Counted from the stretch's first letter, positions 12,249 to 25,585 are shown. The stretch: 64,000 bases of DNA from Octopus sinensis (GCF_006345805.1 NC_043004.1:52700001-52764000); one strand, 5' to 3'. Program-made: numbers and translations. Notes: generated from the letters alone by a model not told the origin.

Positions 12249-13229
12249 CATAGGCAGGAGACGTAGATCTATTACATAATCTGATTATGAAAGTATGAGT
12301 CATAGATATTCTGTATGAACTTGACAACAATACAAGGTTTCAATGCCCGTTTCAGGTTATTGTTCTCCACTTATAAGAGAAATACAGGTTTAATTAAGTC
12401 GACCGGTTTGCTCAATATTAAGACCAAGCTCAGTATTAAATTCTATATCTAATATTCTAACGTAAACTGAATGATCAATTATCCATTAGGCCATCTGTAA
12501 CATATCTAGACGATACTTGCATTTCAGGTAGTTCTGAATGACATCGCCTGTAAATGGAACATATTTCAAAATTTCTGCTTTTCTTTTGGTTATACGTTGT
12601 TTTAAATATGAAGTTAACTTTTTGATGATACAGTTGGGTTTTACTAACATCTAAAAATAATATAATTATTAAGCGTTATATAGATATCAAGGTATATCAA
12701 TATTTATATATCTCACTTGATAAGTGTCAGAAACTGTCGGCCACGTAACCTATAAATACTACCCGGCCAATTTAGGTTTTGTTTTCAAGCATTCAAACCA
12801 GTGCTTGTAATAATAGGACACCTTGATAAGAGATTAACAGTATCTAAAGAAGAAGAAGAAGAAGTAGAAGAAGAAGAAGTAGAAGAAAAAGAAGTAGTAG
12901 TAGTAGTAGTAGTAGTAAGTAGTAGTAGTAGTAGGTAGTAGTAGAACAACAACAACAAGAGTAATATCCACTTTAAAGCCGTTAAATACTCTGGATTCTT
13001 CTACAATATCATAAAATGCCTTCTTTCTCCCATTTGTTCAATCTATCATAGAAATAGATTGTATAATGGGGAAGGTGTAATTTAACGAATTTATAAGATT
13101 ACATAGATTATTGTTTACCATTGCATAAGAGAGAATGATGTGTGTTCTTCCAGTAGCTTGCTGACTTGTTACTACACATAAACAATTACTGACCTGCCAT
13201 ACGCAAAAACAGCAGCAAGAGCAACAGTG

Positions 13230-13415
13230 GATGCGCATTGGCCCAGTGGTTAGGGCAGCGGACTCGCGGTCGTAAGAACGTGGTTTCGATTCCCAGACCG
13301 GGCATTATGAGTTTTTATTGACCAAAAACATCTAAACTCCACAAAGCTCCAGCGGGGTAGAGGGTGAAGCCCGGTGTAATCTTTCATCACAGCTTTCTCT
13401 CACTCTTTATTCCTA
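13230..13415 (+). mobile_element. tRNA-derived SINE (separate family)
   Basis: GGCCCAGTGGTTAGGGCAGCGGACTCGCGGTCGTAAG...GGTTTCGATTCCC head with no tRNA 3' acceptor stem, followed by a non-tRNA body. Confidence 0.75.
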
Positions 13416-13429
13416 CTTCTACCACAAAG

Positions 13430-13732
13430 CAGAGGAACCGTGGTGTAGCTCACTATGGTGTCGTAGATGTTCAGACCCTAGTCTACATTGCGAATCCTCT
13501 GTACCCCAGGACGGTTCAGCTCTCCTCCCGTTAAAAGCCACCGTTTACGGAATGAAGATAAGAACGTAGCTTTCGCGCCCGTGCAACCGCCAGTCTATCG
13601 CGTGTGGTAGGTGGATCTTCAAGTTGCCACATGCATTCTTAGTTGCTTAGAGTAGGCTCGAATTAGAGAATATTCTTTGTGGCTAATGGCGTGAGTCCTG
13701 ATTGGAAGAAGAAGAAGAAGAAGAAGAAGAAG
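13430..13732 (+). mobile_element. Possible non-LTR retroelement 3' fragment ending in (GAA)n
   Basis: Complex GC-richer block terminating ...GTCCTGATTG-(GAA)n. No coding homology recognised. Confidence 0.3.
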
Positions 13733-13882
13733 ACAGCAACAGCAAAAACAACTTATGTTCCATAGAACTAGTTATGTAGAGCACTCCTTAAATTCTAACA
13801 TATTTGAAATGTTTAATTAGTTATTTTTGTTCTGACTATATATCTGTTAATTAGCCCTTGACGCTAATATTTATATAAAATT

Positions 13883-14114
13883 AAGGCGGCGATTTGGGAG
13901 ATCCCTAGTTCGCCGGGCGAAATGCTTAGAGATATTTCGTCTACCGCTATGTTCTGAGTTCAAATTACGCCGAGGTGGATTTTGCCTTTCATTCTTTCGG
14001 GGTCGATTAAATAAGTACTAGTTACGCATTAGGGTCGATGCAATCGCCTTAATCTCTTCATATGTCTTTGTTTGTCCTCTCTGTGTTTAGCCCCATGTGG
14101 ATAATAAGGAAATA
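13883..14114 (+). mobile_element. SINE family B with Tx1-like 3' tail
   Basis: AAGGCGGCG...GTTCTGAGTTCAAATT (box B)...GGGGTCGAT...TTGTCCTCTCTGTGTTTAGCCCCATGTGGATAATAAGGAAATA. Confidence 0.88.
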
Positions 14115-14130
14115 AATATTTATTAAAAAA

Positions 14131-14287
14131 TGGTTTCTTACCAGCCACATGGTTCCGGATTCATTCCCACTGCGTGGCACCTTCGGCAACTATCTTTTAC
14201 TAAAGCCTCGGGCCGACCAAAGCCTTGTAAGTGGATTTCGTAGACGGAAACTGAAAGGATCCCGTCGTATATATGTATGTATGTAGT

Positions 14288-14319
<32 letters not shown>

Positions 14320-14322
14320 ATA

Positions 14323-14354
<32 letters not shown>

Positions 14355-14575
14355 CGTGTGTGTATGTTTGTGTATCTGAGTTTGTCCCCCCAACATCGCT
14401 TGACAACCGATGCTGGTGTGTTTACGCCCTGTAACCTAGCGGTTCGGCAACAGGACAGTGACCGATAGAATAAGTACAAGGCTTACAAAGAATAAGTCTT
14501 GGGGTCGATTTGATTCAACTAAAGGCGGTGCTCCAGCATAGCCGCAGTCAAATGACTGAAACAATCAAAAAGAAA
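14131..14575 (+). mobile_element. SINE family A, 5'-clipped, with about 100 bp internal microsatellite
   Basis: Colinear with the copies at 25644 and 28292. Confidence 0.9.
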
Positions 14576-14589
14576 TTAATTTTGTCACA

Positions 14590-15210
14590 ATACCAGCAAT
14601 TTAGAGGAGAACGGCAAAAGGATTGCATTGACTGCAGTACTTGACCGACCCGAAAAGGACGAAAGGCAAATATGATCACGGAGGAATTTGGATCCGGAAG
14701 ACTATGAGCAGGAATAGATGCCGCAGGGTATTCTATCGAATATGCTAACAACTCTGCTAGATCGTTGCCCTCCGACAGTTAATAATAATGTATCCAAAAT
14801 AGTCACAAGGCTTGAATTTTTTAAGGAAGCAGGATAGTCTATTAGGTCTGTCATCGTATTTGACTGGGGATTCGGAGGGACGGAAAACAAATTTCTAGCA
14901 CGCATTTTCATCTCAGAGCGTTAAAACCCGGCACAGATATCGCAAAGTATTGTTTCGGAAGCATTAACTATTCTGCCATTCTGTAAAATATTTGTTTCTA
15001 AATTAGGCAGGACATTTGTCAGAGAAAAGATTAAGTTTATATCTTCGATTCTAGTATTTGACTGTTCCTTCATTTTGTCGACTCCAAAAGGATAAAAAGC
15101 AAATTTAGTTTCGGCGAAATCTGAACTCTGAGTATAAGCAGCCAGAACGAACGCTGCAAAATCTTTTTATTTTCTTTTTCATGTTCTAACAATTCTACCA
15201 TTCAATGGTA
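14590..15210 (-). mobile_element. Two degenerate family B-like SINE remnants
   Basis: Reverse-complement motifs CGACCCGAAAAGGA.GAAAGGCAA...GGAATTTG and GACTCCAAAAGGAT...CGGCGAAATCTGAACTC. Confidence 0.6.
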
Positions 15211-15399
15211 AAAATAATATGGTCTCTAACACTGGCACATTGTCACAATCTTTACCAGAGTGATCTTAAACGGTTATCTTATTTTATCTATAGCGCCAGG
15301 TTGAGATAGAAGGTTATTATGGCGTGAGACTGAACCTGTAACAGAACTCAGCTTGGCATTTTACCTACCGATTGTGACAAAACTAACACTACAGCTTTT

Positions 15400-15990
15400 A
15401 AGAATACGGTTTCACGGAATGTCGCTAAGATCACCGCCTTCGACACTACAAACATTGTTACCACCACCAACAACATTACCACTAGTGACAACAACAATGA
15501 TGAACAGTACAACAATAACGACGACAACAACCTCAAACTTGAAAAAACAACAGCAAAAAAGAAAACAACAGCTGCAAGAGCATTAAGAATGATGACTATC
15601 ATGACTATGAGAAACTTAACCCAATTATCGCCAATGACAATACACACACCAACGGCATCAACATCAACAACAAGGAAAATAACAACATTATCAAAGCAAA
15701 TAAAACGACGATCGCACCGCTGAGAGATATTATCACCAATGCAACAGCATCTGTACAGTTATCAATGTTCAACAACGAGTGCGGATACACCGAAGACGCG
15801 AACAACAAAAATAAAACACTAACAACGAAAGCGCCAACATCATCAGCATCCTATCGGCACCATCATCGTCATCATCATCACCAACAATAACAACAAAGAC
15901 ACCGACTACAACAAAAAAACCTACAATGGGCAGCAGCGCTACCACCAGACTAACAACAACAAAGAGAGTAGATGCAACACCTAGCAATAA
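15400..15990. repeat. Cryptic (CAA/ACA)n low-complexity region
   Basis: Degenerate CAA/CAC triplets. Confidence 0.8.
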
Positions 15991-15997
15991 CAACGGT

Positions 15998-16068
15998 GTA
16001 GCTGCGTGGACAAAAGCTTGTTTCTCAACCATATGGTTCCGGGTTCTGTCATATAGCATGGCATCTTA
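15998..16068 (+). mobile_element. SINE family A head fragment
   Basis: GTAGCTGCGTGGACAAAAGCTTGTTTCTCAACCATATGGTTCCGGGTTC...GCATGGCATCTT matches the family A head. Confidence 0.65.
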
Positions 16069-16073
16069 TAGCA

Positions 16074-16202
16074 TGTCGAAGAGCGTAGGCTCGAAACGTA
16101 AAAGACCTTTTCTATTTCTATTCCTGGGCGCTATACTAATACATTTGTTGTTTGTACTCCACCTGCCATCGTCTTTTGTTTATTTTCGTAAACTTTCCCG
16201 TT
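16074..16202 (+). mobile_element. 5'-truncated PLE terminal repeat (family alpha) beginning inside a hammerhead core
   Basis: Near-identical to 31431-31560. Reads TGTCGAA-GAGC-GTAG-GCTC-GAAAC-GTA-AAAGA and ends TTCCCGTT at (TA)n. Confidence 0.85.
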
Positions 16203-16453
16203 ATATATATATATAATATATATACATTACATAATTACATATATATATATATATATATATATATAGATATATATATATATATATACATTACATACATTAC
16301 ATATATATATATATATATATATACACATTACATACATTACAATATATATATATATATTATATATACAATTACATACATTATATATATACTATATATATAT
16401 ATATATCTACATTACATACATTACATATAAAGATATATATATATATATATAAT

Positions 16454-16490
<37 letters not shown>

Positions 16491-16502
16491 CATTACATAC
16501 AT

Positions 16503-16533
<31 letters not shown>

Positions 16534-17524
16534 CATCACAATCAAGGAACGGCCATAATAGGCCATTCACCCACTAGAAATAACAGCCAAAGCTTCAACC
16601 GCAAAAACAACATTAATTCCGCAACCAGGAGAAAATTAAAAAAACATTTACCCTGTAGTTTCTTATACGATGCACCGTTTCATCTATGTTTAATGGCAAA
16701 CTAACCTGATTAAATTAAATCAAGCTAGTCTTCCATAGGCCGATAGATTCGTCAGTAAGAACAGCCAGATCGGAGCAGATATTTTACACGAGGCACTTCT
16801 ATCCCTGCCTCGGCAATATCTGACCTAAAATTTTCAAATCATCGCACTCGCGCCAAATTTATCGGCAGCAAATATAAGCCGCCGATTCCATTACGGAATT
16901 AACCAGAAAATTCATAATTAATCAATATAGGGTGGCAAAAAATTTCGTAGAATTTTTTTTTTTTTTTGCCACCAGCGGCCTAGTGGGAAAAAATTAAATA
17001 GTCATAGACCATTTATAAATTCAACATCACAATCAAGGAACGGCCATAATAGGCCATTCACCCACTAGAAATAACAGCCAAAGCTTCAACCGCAAAACAA
17101 CATTAATTCCGCAAACCAGGAGAAAATTAAAAAAACATTTACCCTGTAGTTTCTTATACGATGCACCGTTTCATCTATTGTTTAATGGCAAACTAACCTG
17201 ATTAAATTAAATCAAGCTAGTCTTCCATAGGCCGATAGATTCGTCAGTAAGAACAGCCAGATCGGAGCAGATATTTTACACGAGGCACTTCTATCCCTGC
17301 CTCGGCAATATCTGACCTAAAATTTTCAAATCATCGCACTCGCGCCAAATTTATCGGCAGCAAATATAAGCCGCCGATTCCATTACGGAATTAACCAGAA
17401 AATTCATAATTAATCAATATAATGAATGTTGAATTTATAAATGGTCTATGACTATTTAATTTTTTCCCACTAGGCCGCTGGTGGCAAAAAAATTCACGAA
17501 ATTTTTTGCCACCCTATATTGATT
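16534..17524. repeat. A-X-A-X(inverted) duplication embedded in a (TA)n/TACAT microsatellite
   Basis: 16534-16929 recurs at 17025-17421. 16920-17027 recurs reverse-complemented at 17426-17524. The differences I could see are only small indels. Confidence 0.92.
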
Positions 17525-17547
17525 TAATATATATATATATATTATAC

Positions 17548-17589
<42 letters not shown>

Positions 17590-17635
17590 TAATATTATAT
17601 ACATTACATATATATATATATATATATATATACAT

Positions 17636-17748
<113 letters not shown>

Positions 17749-17851
17749 AATATACATTACATATATATTATATATATCTATATATATTATCATATATATA
17801 CATTAACTATTATATATATATATACCTTACATATATAATATATATATACAT

Positions 17852-17886
<35 letters not shown>

Positions 17887-18019
17887 TACATATTATATAT
17901 ATATAAATAATATATATATATTATATATCTATATATATATCTATAATATATATATACTATTAATTAATATATATATCTATATATATATATATATATATAT
18001 GCATGTATCTATTTATTTG

Positions 18020-18255
18020 TGTATTTGTGCGTGTGTCTTCAGTCTGTAATTGTTTCTCACTACCGTTTGTCAACTTGTGTTATTGTATTTACGGTCCCCA
18101 CAACCTAGAGGTTCGGCGTGTGAAAACGATATAATAGATACTAGGCTTAAAAATAATAAATCCTGGGGGAACAATATTTTCTACTAATAAACAATCAAAG
18201 CTTTGTTTCAGCATATTTGCAGTCAAATGACTGAGACAAGTAAAGGATAAAAGAA
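18020..18255 (+). mobile_element. SINE family A 3' half, degenerate
   Basis: GTATTTACGGTCCCCACAACCTAG.GGTTCGGC...GCAGTCAAATGACTGAGACAAGTAAAGGATAAAAG. Confidence 0.75.
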
Positions 18256-18299
18256 ATATAGTTACCAATATTTTATCAACAGCACATCTACCTTCCCCC

Positions 18300-18630
18300 T
18301 CATTTCTCACCATCACCCTCACCATCACTACAACCACCACCATAACCACTACCACCATCAACTCCACCACCACCAGCAGCAGCAAAACCACCACCACCCA
18401 CCACCACCATGAATAACACTACCATAACTGTATAAACAACATCAAGACCACCGGTAGCAAGAACACGACGACCACCAAAAAACTCATATCAAAACCAGCA
18501 ACAAACCAACTCCTCACAACAAAACTACCACCGACACCATCACAATAAGAACCAGCAGCAGAAGCAACGACAAGAGAAACAAAAACATATCTATGGATAC
18601 CAACATATCTACGAAAACCATCTACCACAA
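18300..18630. repeat. (ACC/CAA)n cryptic triplet repeats
   Basis: Direct inspection. Confidence 0.85.
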
Positions 18631-18812
18631 TGACATCATATATATATACATATATATATATACATATATATATACATATATATATATACATATACATATA
18701 TATATATACATATATATTATATACATATACATATATATACATATACATATATATATTACATATATATATTATATAATATATATATCATATACATATATAC
18801 ATATATATATAC

Positions 18813-18843
<31 letters not shown>

Positions 18844-18858
18844 ACATATATATATATA

Positions 18859-18894
<36 letters not shown>

Positions 18895-19431
18895 GGTGGT
18901 GTTTGTGTGTGTTATGAGGTATATATATATGTGTGTGTGTGTGCATATATATATATATGTGTGTGTATAGACGAGCGCCGCATAAACCATCTGTAAGCAG
19001 CTTCAAGAAATTCAACAAACAATGGCGAAATCACATAAACAATACAACAACAGCATGGCAACACGTATTGCCACAACAGTTACGTATGTATGTTGCAGCC
19101 TCATGATGAACACAAGAAAATCTACGACCATAACATCATCAATAATAACATAAACGAAAAACAACAAATACACCAAAAACATCTGACTTGGAAGCCATCT
19201 TTCAAGTGAAACGCAAAACAAAATAACCAAAATCCATTGGCACATATGTATGTTAGCATGTGTGTGTGTCTGCGTACGTGTACGCCTGTGTGAGCGCTGG
19301 CACACACGTGTGTGAGCGCTGGCACACAGGTGTGTGTTTCTGTGAACATAAATTTACACGAGCGTACACACACACACACATATGATTTATAGATATATGT
19401 ATTATATATAACATATATAACGGGAATTTTC

Positions 19432-19479
<48 letters not shown>

Positions 19480-19555
19480 AGTATATATATATGTATATAT
19501 ATATATATATATGTGTATATATGTATATGCGCATACACACACACACATACACACA

Positions 19556-19597
<42 letters not shown>

Positions 19598-20465
19598 TAT
19601 GCATACAAACACATACATACTCACACAAACATATATAGCCACATTTAAACGGATACATACATACAGATCTAAACAAAGAGAAAGACAAGAAATGGAAGCC
19701 CCCAACTATACAAAGATAAAAATATTAAAAAAATAAAGTTACATTTGTGCTACTTTATATTTCTCGTCTTCTGCAGCCATTTGTTTTTATCAGTAAAGCT
19801 TTTCCACCGACTTAACGTTGCACGTGATGTTGTAAACGAGTGTTTTAGCTCATTCAAGCAGAAGATTCTCTAAGAATAGCCTTGACAAATATTCATATGG
19901 TGCTATTGATTCTACTTCAACAAGAAAAATTCTAACACTGCTTTTTCCATTCTTTTCTTTACTTATTCTTCTTGTTTCTCTTAGTCCCACCACTCCGCCG
20001 CCATCGCCACCACCTTGCTTCATTTCTTTCAGTATTTCATTCATTCATTCATTTATTCATTCTTTCTTTCATTATCTCATTCTTCCCTCTGCTTTTCCCT
20101 TCTGGTGCTTTACTTCATTCCTTCACGCACTAAACATTACAAAATGTCAGCCAGAACTAAAGAAAGAATATATTGTATGGAAAATGTTGGCAAAGGAGAA
20201 AGACATCTAATATATACTGATTATGTTATAGTGAATATGGATTCAGATTTGACGTACTCAGGGGGAAATACTCGGTTCTCCCTCCGTTTCTCTTTTCATA
20301 TGCAGCTCCTGCTGTCTCTCTTTCACTTCCTCTCTCTCAACCGTCATCACTCACAAATTATTAGGTTCATACATATATTCTTATATATACACATGAAAGC
20401 GTACATGTATGTATGATAGTATAATATCAAAAATAAGTATTTCTATAACTCTGTATATGTATCCG

Positions 20466-20501
<36 letters not shown>

Positions 20502-20745
20502 GCACACACGCAGGCACACACACACATATATGCGTGCATATTTGTGTGAATGTGTATGTATATACTTTAATTTCTTTGTATGTGTGTATTATTAATAAAT
20601 GTGTGCCTGTGTGTGGACAAGGATGTGAGAAATATAGTTATTGACAAACATATTCATATGTGTATATGCATGTTTGTCTCACACTCTTTCCAATTCTCTT
20701 TACATCACTCACTCTCTCTCTCTCTCTCTCTCTCTCTGAATATTC

Positions 20746-20782
<37 letters not shown>

Positions 20783-21409
20783 AACGTTTATATATATATA
20801 TTTACAAATTCGCATACACACCTACGCAAATATGTAGGTATATATGCATAAGTATATACATATGCATGTGTGTTTGCGTGTGTGTGTGCGTCTGTGTCTG
20901 TGTGTCTGCGTATCAATATATATCTATCTACCTACCTATCTATCTATCTCTCTATCTATTTATCTATCTATCTATTTATCTATCCCCCCCCCACACACAC
21001 ACACAACACACACACACATATATACTATATATATATATTAATATATATATATATACATATTTGTGCGTGTATGCGTGTATAATAAGTGTTTGTATGTGAA
21101 TGCGTATAGGTCTGAGAGACTCATATTATCTTCTATTTTTTTTGCGCAATATAAACTCCAAGTAACATAAAATATATAAAATAAAAATGTGCAAGATATC
21201 TCTACAATTGCCGCTGTAAATAGAAAATGTTTATTTTATCATTTCACGTGTAATAAAATTAATGAAATAACATACGATAGCAAATATATATTTAAGAAAA
21301 AATATATCTAATTTTATGAGTGGAAGCGCATATAATTAAATATATATCTATATATCTATATAAATGATTATACATACATATATAAGTATATATATATATA
21401 AATAAACAA

Positions 21410-21449
<40 letters not shown>

Positions 21450-21479
21450 TGTTTATATATATAATTAAATATACATGCA

Positions 21480-21840
21480 TATATATATATATGCACACAT
21501 ACATATATACTACTTTTATATGTATATAAATAAATATACTTATATATTTATACATATATATATTATATGTATAATATAATCATATTATATGTATATATTA
21601 CATAGGAGTGCATATATATATATATGTTTATAATTATAATTAAATATACATGCATATATATATATGGCACACATACATATATATACTTTTATATGTATAT
21701 AAATAAATATACTTATATATTTATACATATATATATTATATGTATATATATAATCATATATATATGTATATATTACATAGGAGTGCATATATATATATAT
21801 GTCAATATTTATGTATATGGATACATGTACATGCATATAT
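21480..21840. repeat. Tandem duplication of a roughly 175 bp TA-rich unit
   Basis: CATAGGAGTGCATAT at 21601 and 21776, with the same upstream ACTTTTATATGTATATAAATAAATATACTT in both units. Confidence 0.8.
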
Positions 21841-22539
21841 ATACAGAGAGAGAGAAAAAGAGAGAGAGAGAGAATGTCGCAGAGTACGGAATTGATTGTC
21901 TGACCCTCGGTGTTAATTTAAAATTACCCAATTTTTATATCTATGAGAATACGTCATAATCACTGATAATATATGAATTATTCTAAAGAGTAACTACACC
22001 TTAACCCACTCAAAATATTTTGTGAGTATTATTTCGAATATCACATATCTTATATGTAATATATTATTTATTACCTATTTCTAATACATTACTTCGATAT
22101 CTAATGCAACATCAATAATATTTAGCAAATTTCCACTAAATATCTCCAAATGTCTGACAAGGAATTGTTTTGAAGTATAAGACCTGAAATGTATAAAAAT
22201 ATCCAAAGATATTAATTTTACTAAACATATTATCACCTTAAAATATATAATATACAGATATCTCCTGCTAATGTTTTTGCATATGTTTGTGTGTGTGTGT
22301 GCGAATGTGTGTGTAACTAAGCATAAAACCATGTATATATACGTGCACAAACATATCTGATATGGGTATTTATTACAATTTAATTATAAAACATATACAG
22401 GTGCAAAGTTTCCTAATAGCAGTACAATTTTAAATGTTTTTTTTTTCTTCTCAGAAACATATGCAATTTAGTACAATATCACTTAATATTTTCACCAGCA
22501 CGATCTCACTAGAAATAAAACAGGAGTGTTCGATAAATG

Positions 22540-23140
22540 AAATATTGTTAGATTCCAGGCGGAATTGTAACCCAAATGTTTGACATTGACTTTAAAGTGT
22601 TTTACCATTTGCAGTCAAAATGTTGGCAAGGAATAACCGTTTCAAAATTTGGAATGATATCAGTAATTTAGGATGAGGGTAAATCGATTTCATCGATTCC
22701 AGTACTCGTCTGGTACACATTTTCTTGAACCAGAAAGGGTTAGAGTAAATCACCACGACGGTAGTATTTGAGCTGAGATGTTTAAAAGTCAGAAGAAATG
22801 CTGGTAAACAGTTTGTCAGATGCGCGAAAGATACTGCTAGCTCATCATCTTTAAAATTGTAGCAATGAAATAATGCTTATAAATATAAGAAAATCAGTTG
22901 AAATATCAGCTGCAACAGCAACCGAAATAATATTTCAAATTTAGGAACAAAATTTGAGCTTTAGGGCTATGTTGTTAGCTGATACCATCCACCCGAGTAC
23001 TTGACTACAATGCCTTTTTGTTTTATCGGCGCTGGTGAAATGAAACGTAAATTTTATCTTGGCAGGATTTGAAATCAGAATAGTCAGTAGATATACGGCA
23101 AAGCATTTTACTTTGATTCTAACGGCTCTGCTAGCTCATT
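22540..23140 (-). mobile_element. Old SINE remnants (family B-like)
   Basis: Degenerate reverse-complement matches such as GATTTGAAATCAGAA and TTTGAGCTGAGATGTTTAAAAGTCAGAAGAAATG. Confidence 0.5.
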
Positions 23141-24559
23141 GCCTCAGGTATTTGTAATTTCGGCAGAAGGAAAACTTTTTAACCAAAGCAAGTTAGTCAT
23201 TATCTCCCACGGTATCAGTAACAGGACAAGAATTCAGGAAGTTATCCATTGGTCTTGGCTTGAAAGTTCCTTGCAAGAGACCATCCAGAGGAATCTCATC
23301 CACAGCTACAATTTCCTACAAAATGCCTGCATACTCTTCCATCAATAGTCCTGTATAGAATCCTAAACGTTTTAATATATCTCGTTTAACTTCTTTCGGC
23401 GATTGAAGTCGTTGATTTTTGTGTGTGTTGTTGGTGTTGCTTGTGCATTTTTATCTGTTTTTAGTTTTGTTATTGAATTTTTCTGGTACATGCACAAGCT
23501 AAGGTCGTGTACACAAATACAAAAATTAGAAATTCATGCATAATTCAAGTAAGCTTAGTGAAAAAAAATACAGACTTATACTCAAAATACATATCCATAA
23601 AACTTGACAGCATTTCCGTATTTATCCTAAATATATACATTCCAAACGCGACATGACGTTTAATGTTAAAAGTTTAAGTTAGCATGAAATTGGTTTAATC
23701 ATCTTTATCAACATTATTCCAGAGATATTGGATTTCCATAAAAAAATTTAAGTAAAAATATTCTTTGTCACTTCATCCAGAAACTCTGATGGACGCTGAA
23801 ACTTTATTCTTCGAAATTAACATAAAAAACACATAAAGTAAACTTTAAAAATACATAAATGTTATATATATATATCATGCTTTGCTATAATCTCGCCGTT
23901 CTCTATGCAGCCCACATAATCACATAGAGACTCATTGACAGATAGGAGCGCGTACTGCAGCTCACACTTTTACACACACACTGGCATGCGCATGAGTGTA
24001 TGTATATATGTATATGTATACATTCTTGCGAGCAACCTAATATGTTGTGTATTTTTTTATGTATATGTGTATGATAAGTACGACTGGCTTTTCTTCTGTT
24101 TCCATCTTGTGACTTCGCTAAGAAAGCAACAATAAGCTGGAAGCTAGAGGCGAATAGAAATGCACGAGGAACCGCGGAGTGAGACTGAACCATTGATTTC
24201 TGAATCGAAATTGTTAACAACAACAACAAGGATTAGGATATTTAGCAAAGACTATTTGAGATATCTTCAGTTTTATTCATTTTATATCTGTCAACAAATA
24301 AAAGATTAATCTGGAATACTTGTCTGTGAAAGTTCTTCAGATGAGTAACAATAACGTATTTTCAATTATTAATATCAAAAGCAGGTACATCCGAAATTTA
24401 AGAATAACACTCATTTCCATAGTTAAATTATCGCTATCAACCATAAAGACACATACACACACACACCACACGTAGAGACTCACATACACACATACGCATA
24501 TGCTCTCACAGAAATGAGAACGATAATTTATTATGGAAATAAGTGTTATTATAGATGCA

Positions 24560-24594
24560 TATATATTTTTATTTTATATATGTATACTATATAT

Positions 24595-24678
<84 letters not shown>

Positions 24679-24703
24679 TTATATATATATATATATATTT
24701 TAC

Positions 24704-24734
<31 letters not shown>

Positions 24735-25022
24735 CATATATATATACATATATATATATCTACATATATATATACATATATATATTATATATATATATAT
24801 ATACTATTATATATACATATACATATATATACATATCATATATATATATACATACATATATATATATACATCTATATATCAATATACATATATACATATT
24901 ATATATATATACATATATATATACATATATATATAGTATAGTATATATATATATACATATATATATACATATATATACTATATATATATATATAGATATA
25001 TATAGATATATATATATATATA
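24560..25022. repeat. Long imperfect (TA)n microsatellite
   Basis: About 460 bp of TA/TACA. Comparable tracts at about 16200-16530, 17525-18000, 32120-32370, 36120-36350, 43270-43520, 44430-44720 and 55810-56040. Confidence 0.95.
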
Positions 25023-25220
25023 AAGTTAATCACAACAAGAAAACACAAAAACACACAACAACGCGAGGATGTGGAACAAATATAGTATTATTGGACGCTC
25101 AGGAAAAAAGGGAAGAAGGAGGGTTTAACGTTTAGAGCGGAGCTCTTCGTCAGAAACATAGGAGAAGGAAAGACCCCGAGAAGGGAAGACAGAGGAAAAA
25201 ATCGCCAAAGGTACACACGA

Positions 25221-25224
<4 letters not shown>
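25023..25224 (-). mobile_element. About 200 bp hammerhead-bearing element (family beta) inserted in (TA)n
   Basis: Homologous to 51213-51416, with (TA)n on both sides. Downstream sequence TTCCTGAGCG..AATAC..TTTGT.CCAC resembles family alpha. Confidence 0.8.
25123..25157 (-). ncRNA. Type I minimal hammerhead motif with G12U change
   Basis: GUUU-CUGACGA-A-GAGC-UCC-GCUC-UAAAC-GUU/AAAC. Perfect stems I and II, with a palindromic ACGU stem III. Confidence 0.75.
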
Positions 25225-25260
<36 letters not shown>

Positions 25261-25548
25261 CATATATATAGATTATATCATATATATATATATATAATAT
25301 ATATTATATATATCAGCATATCAGATATATTCCATTCAACAAACATGTTACTCTGCGTTTCACGTTCCCTTTTCGTTGGACAGTTTTTTTTCTAGCAAAA
25401 ACTGTCCGACGTGAAACTCAGAGTAACAGGTTTTGTTGAATTTTCTGCTGCTTTTGAATAAAGCATATTACTCTACCACTGATATGTGAGTACTCTTTTT
25501 TCCACCTTGTTTCACATTTATGTGTTTACTTTTTCCTATATATATATT

Positions 25549-25585
<37 letters not shown>

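Noticed and set aside
11522-13310. tRNA-like sequences at about 11525 and 13240 and at family A heads
   Set aside because: They have box A/B but no complete cloverleaf or acceptor stem, and continue into SINE bodies. They are SINE heads, not tRNA genes.
19836-20210. About 124-codon ATG-less open frame with a hydrophobic stretch
   Set aside because: It is largely pyrimidine-rich low-complexity sequence that avoids stops by composition, and no homology was recognised.
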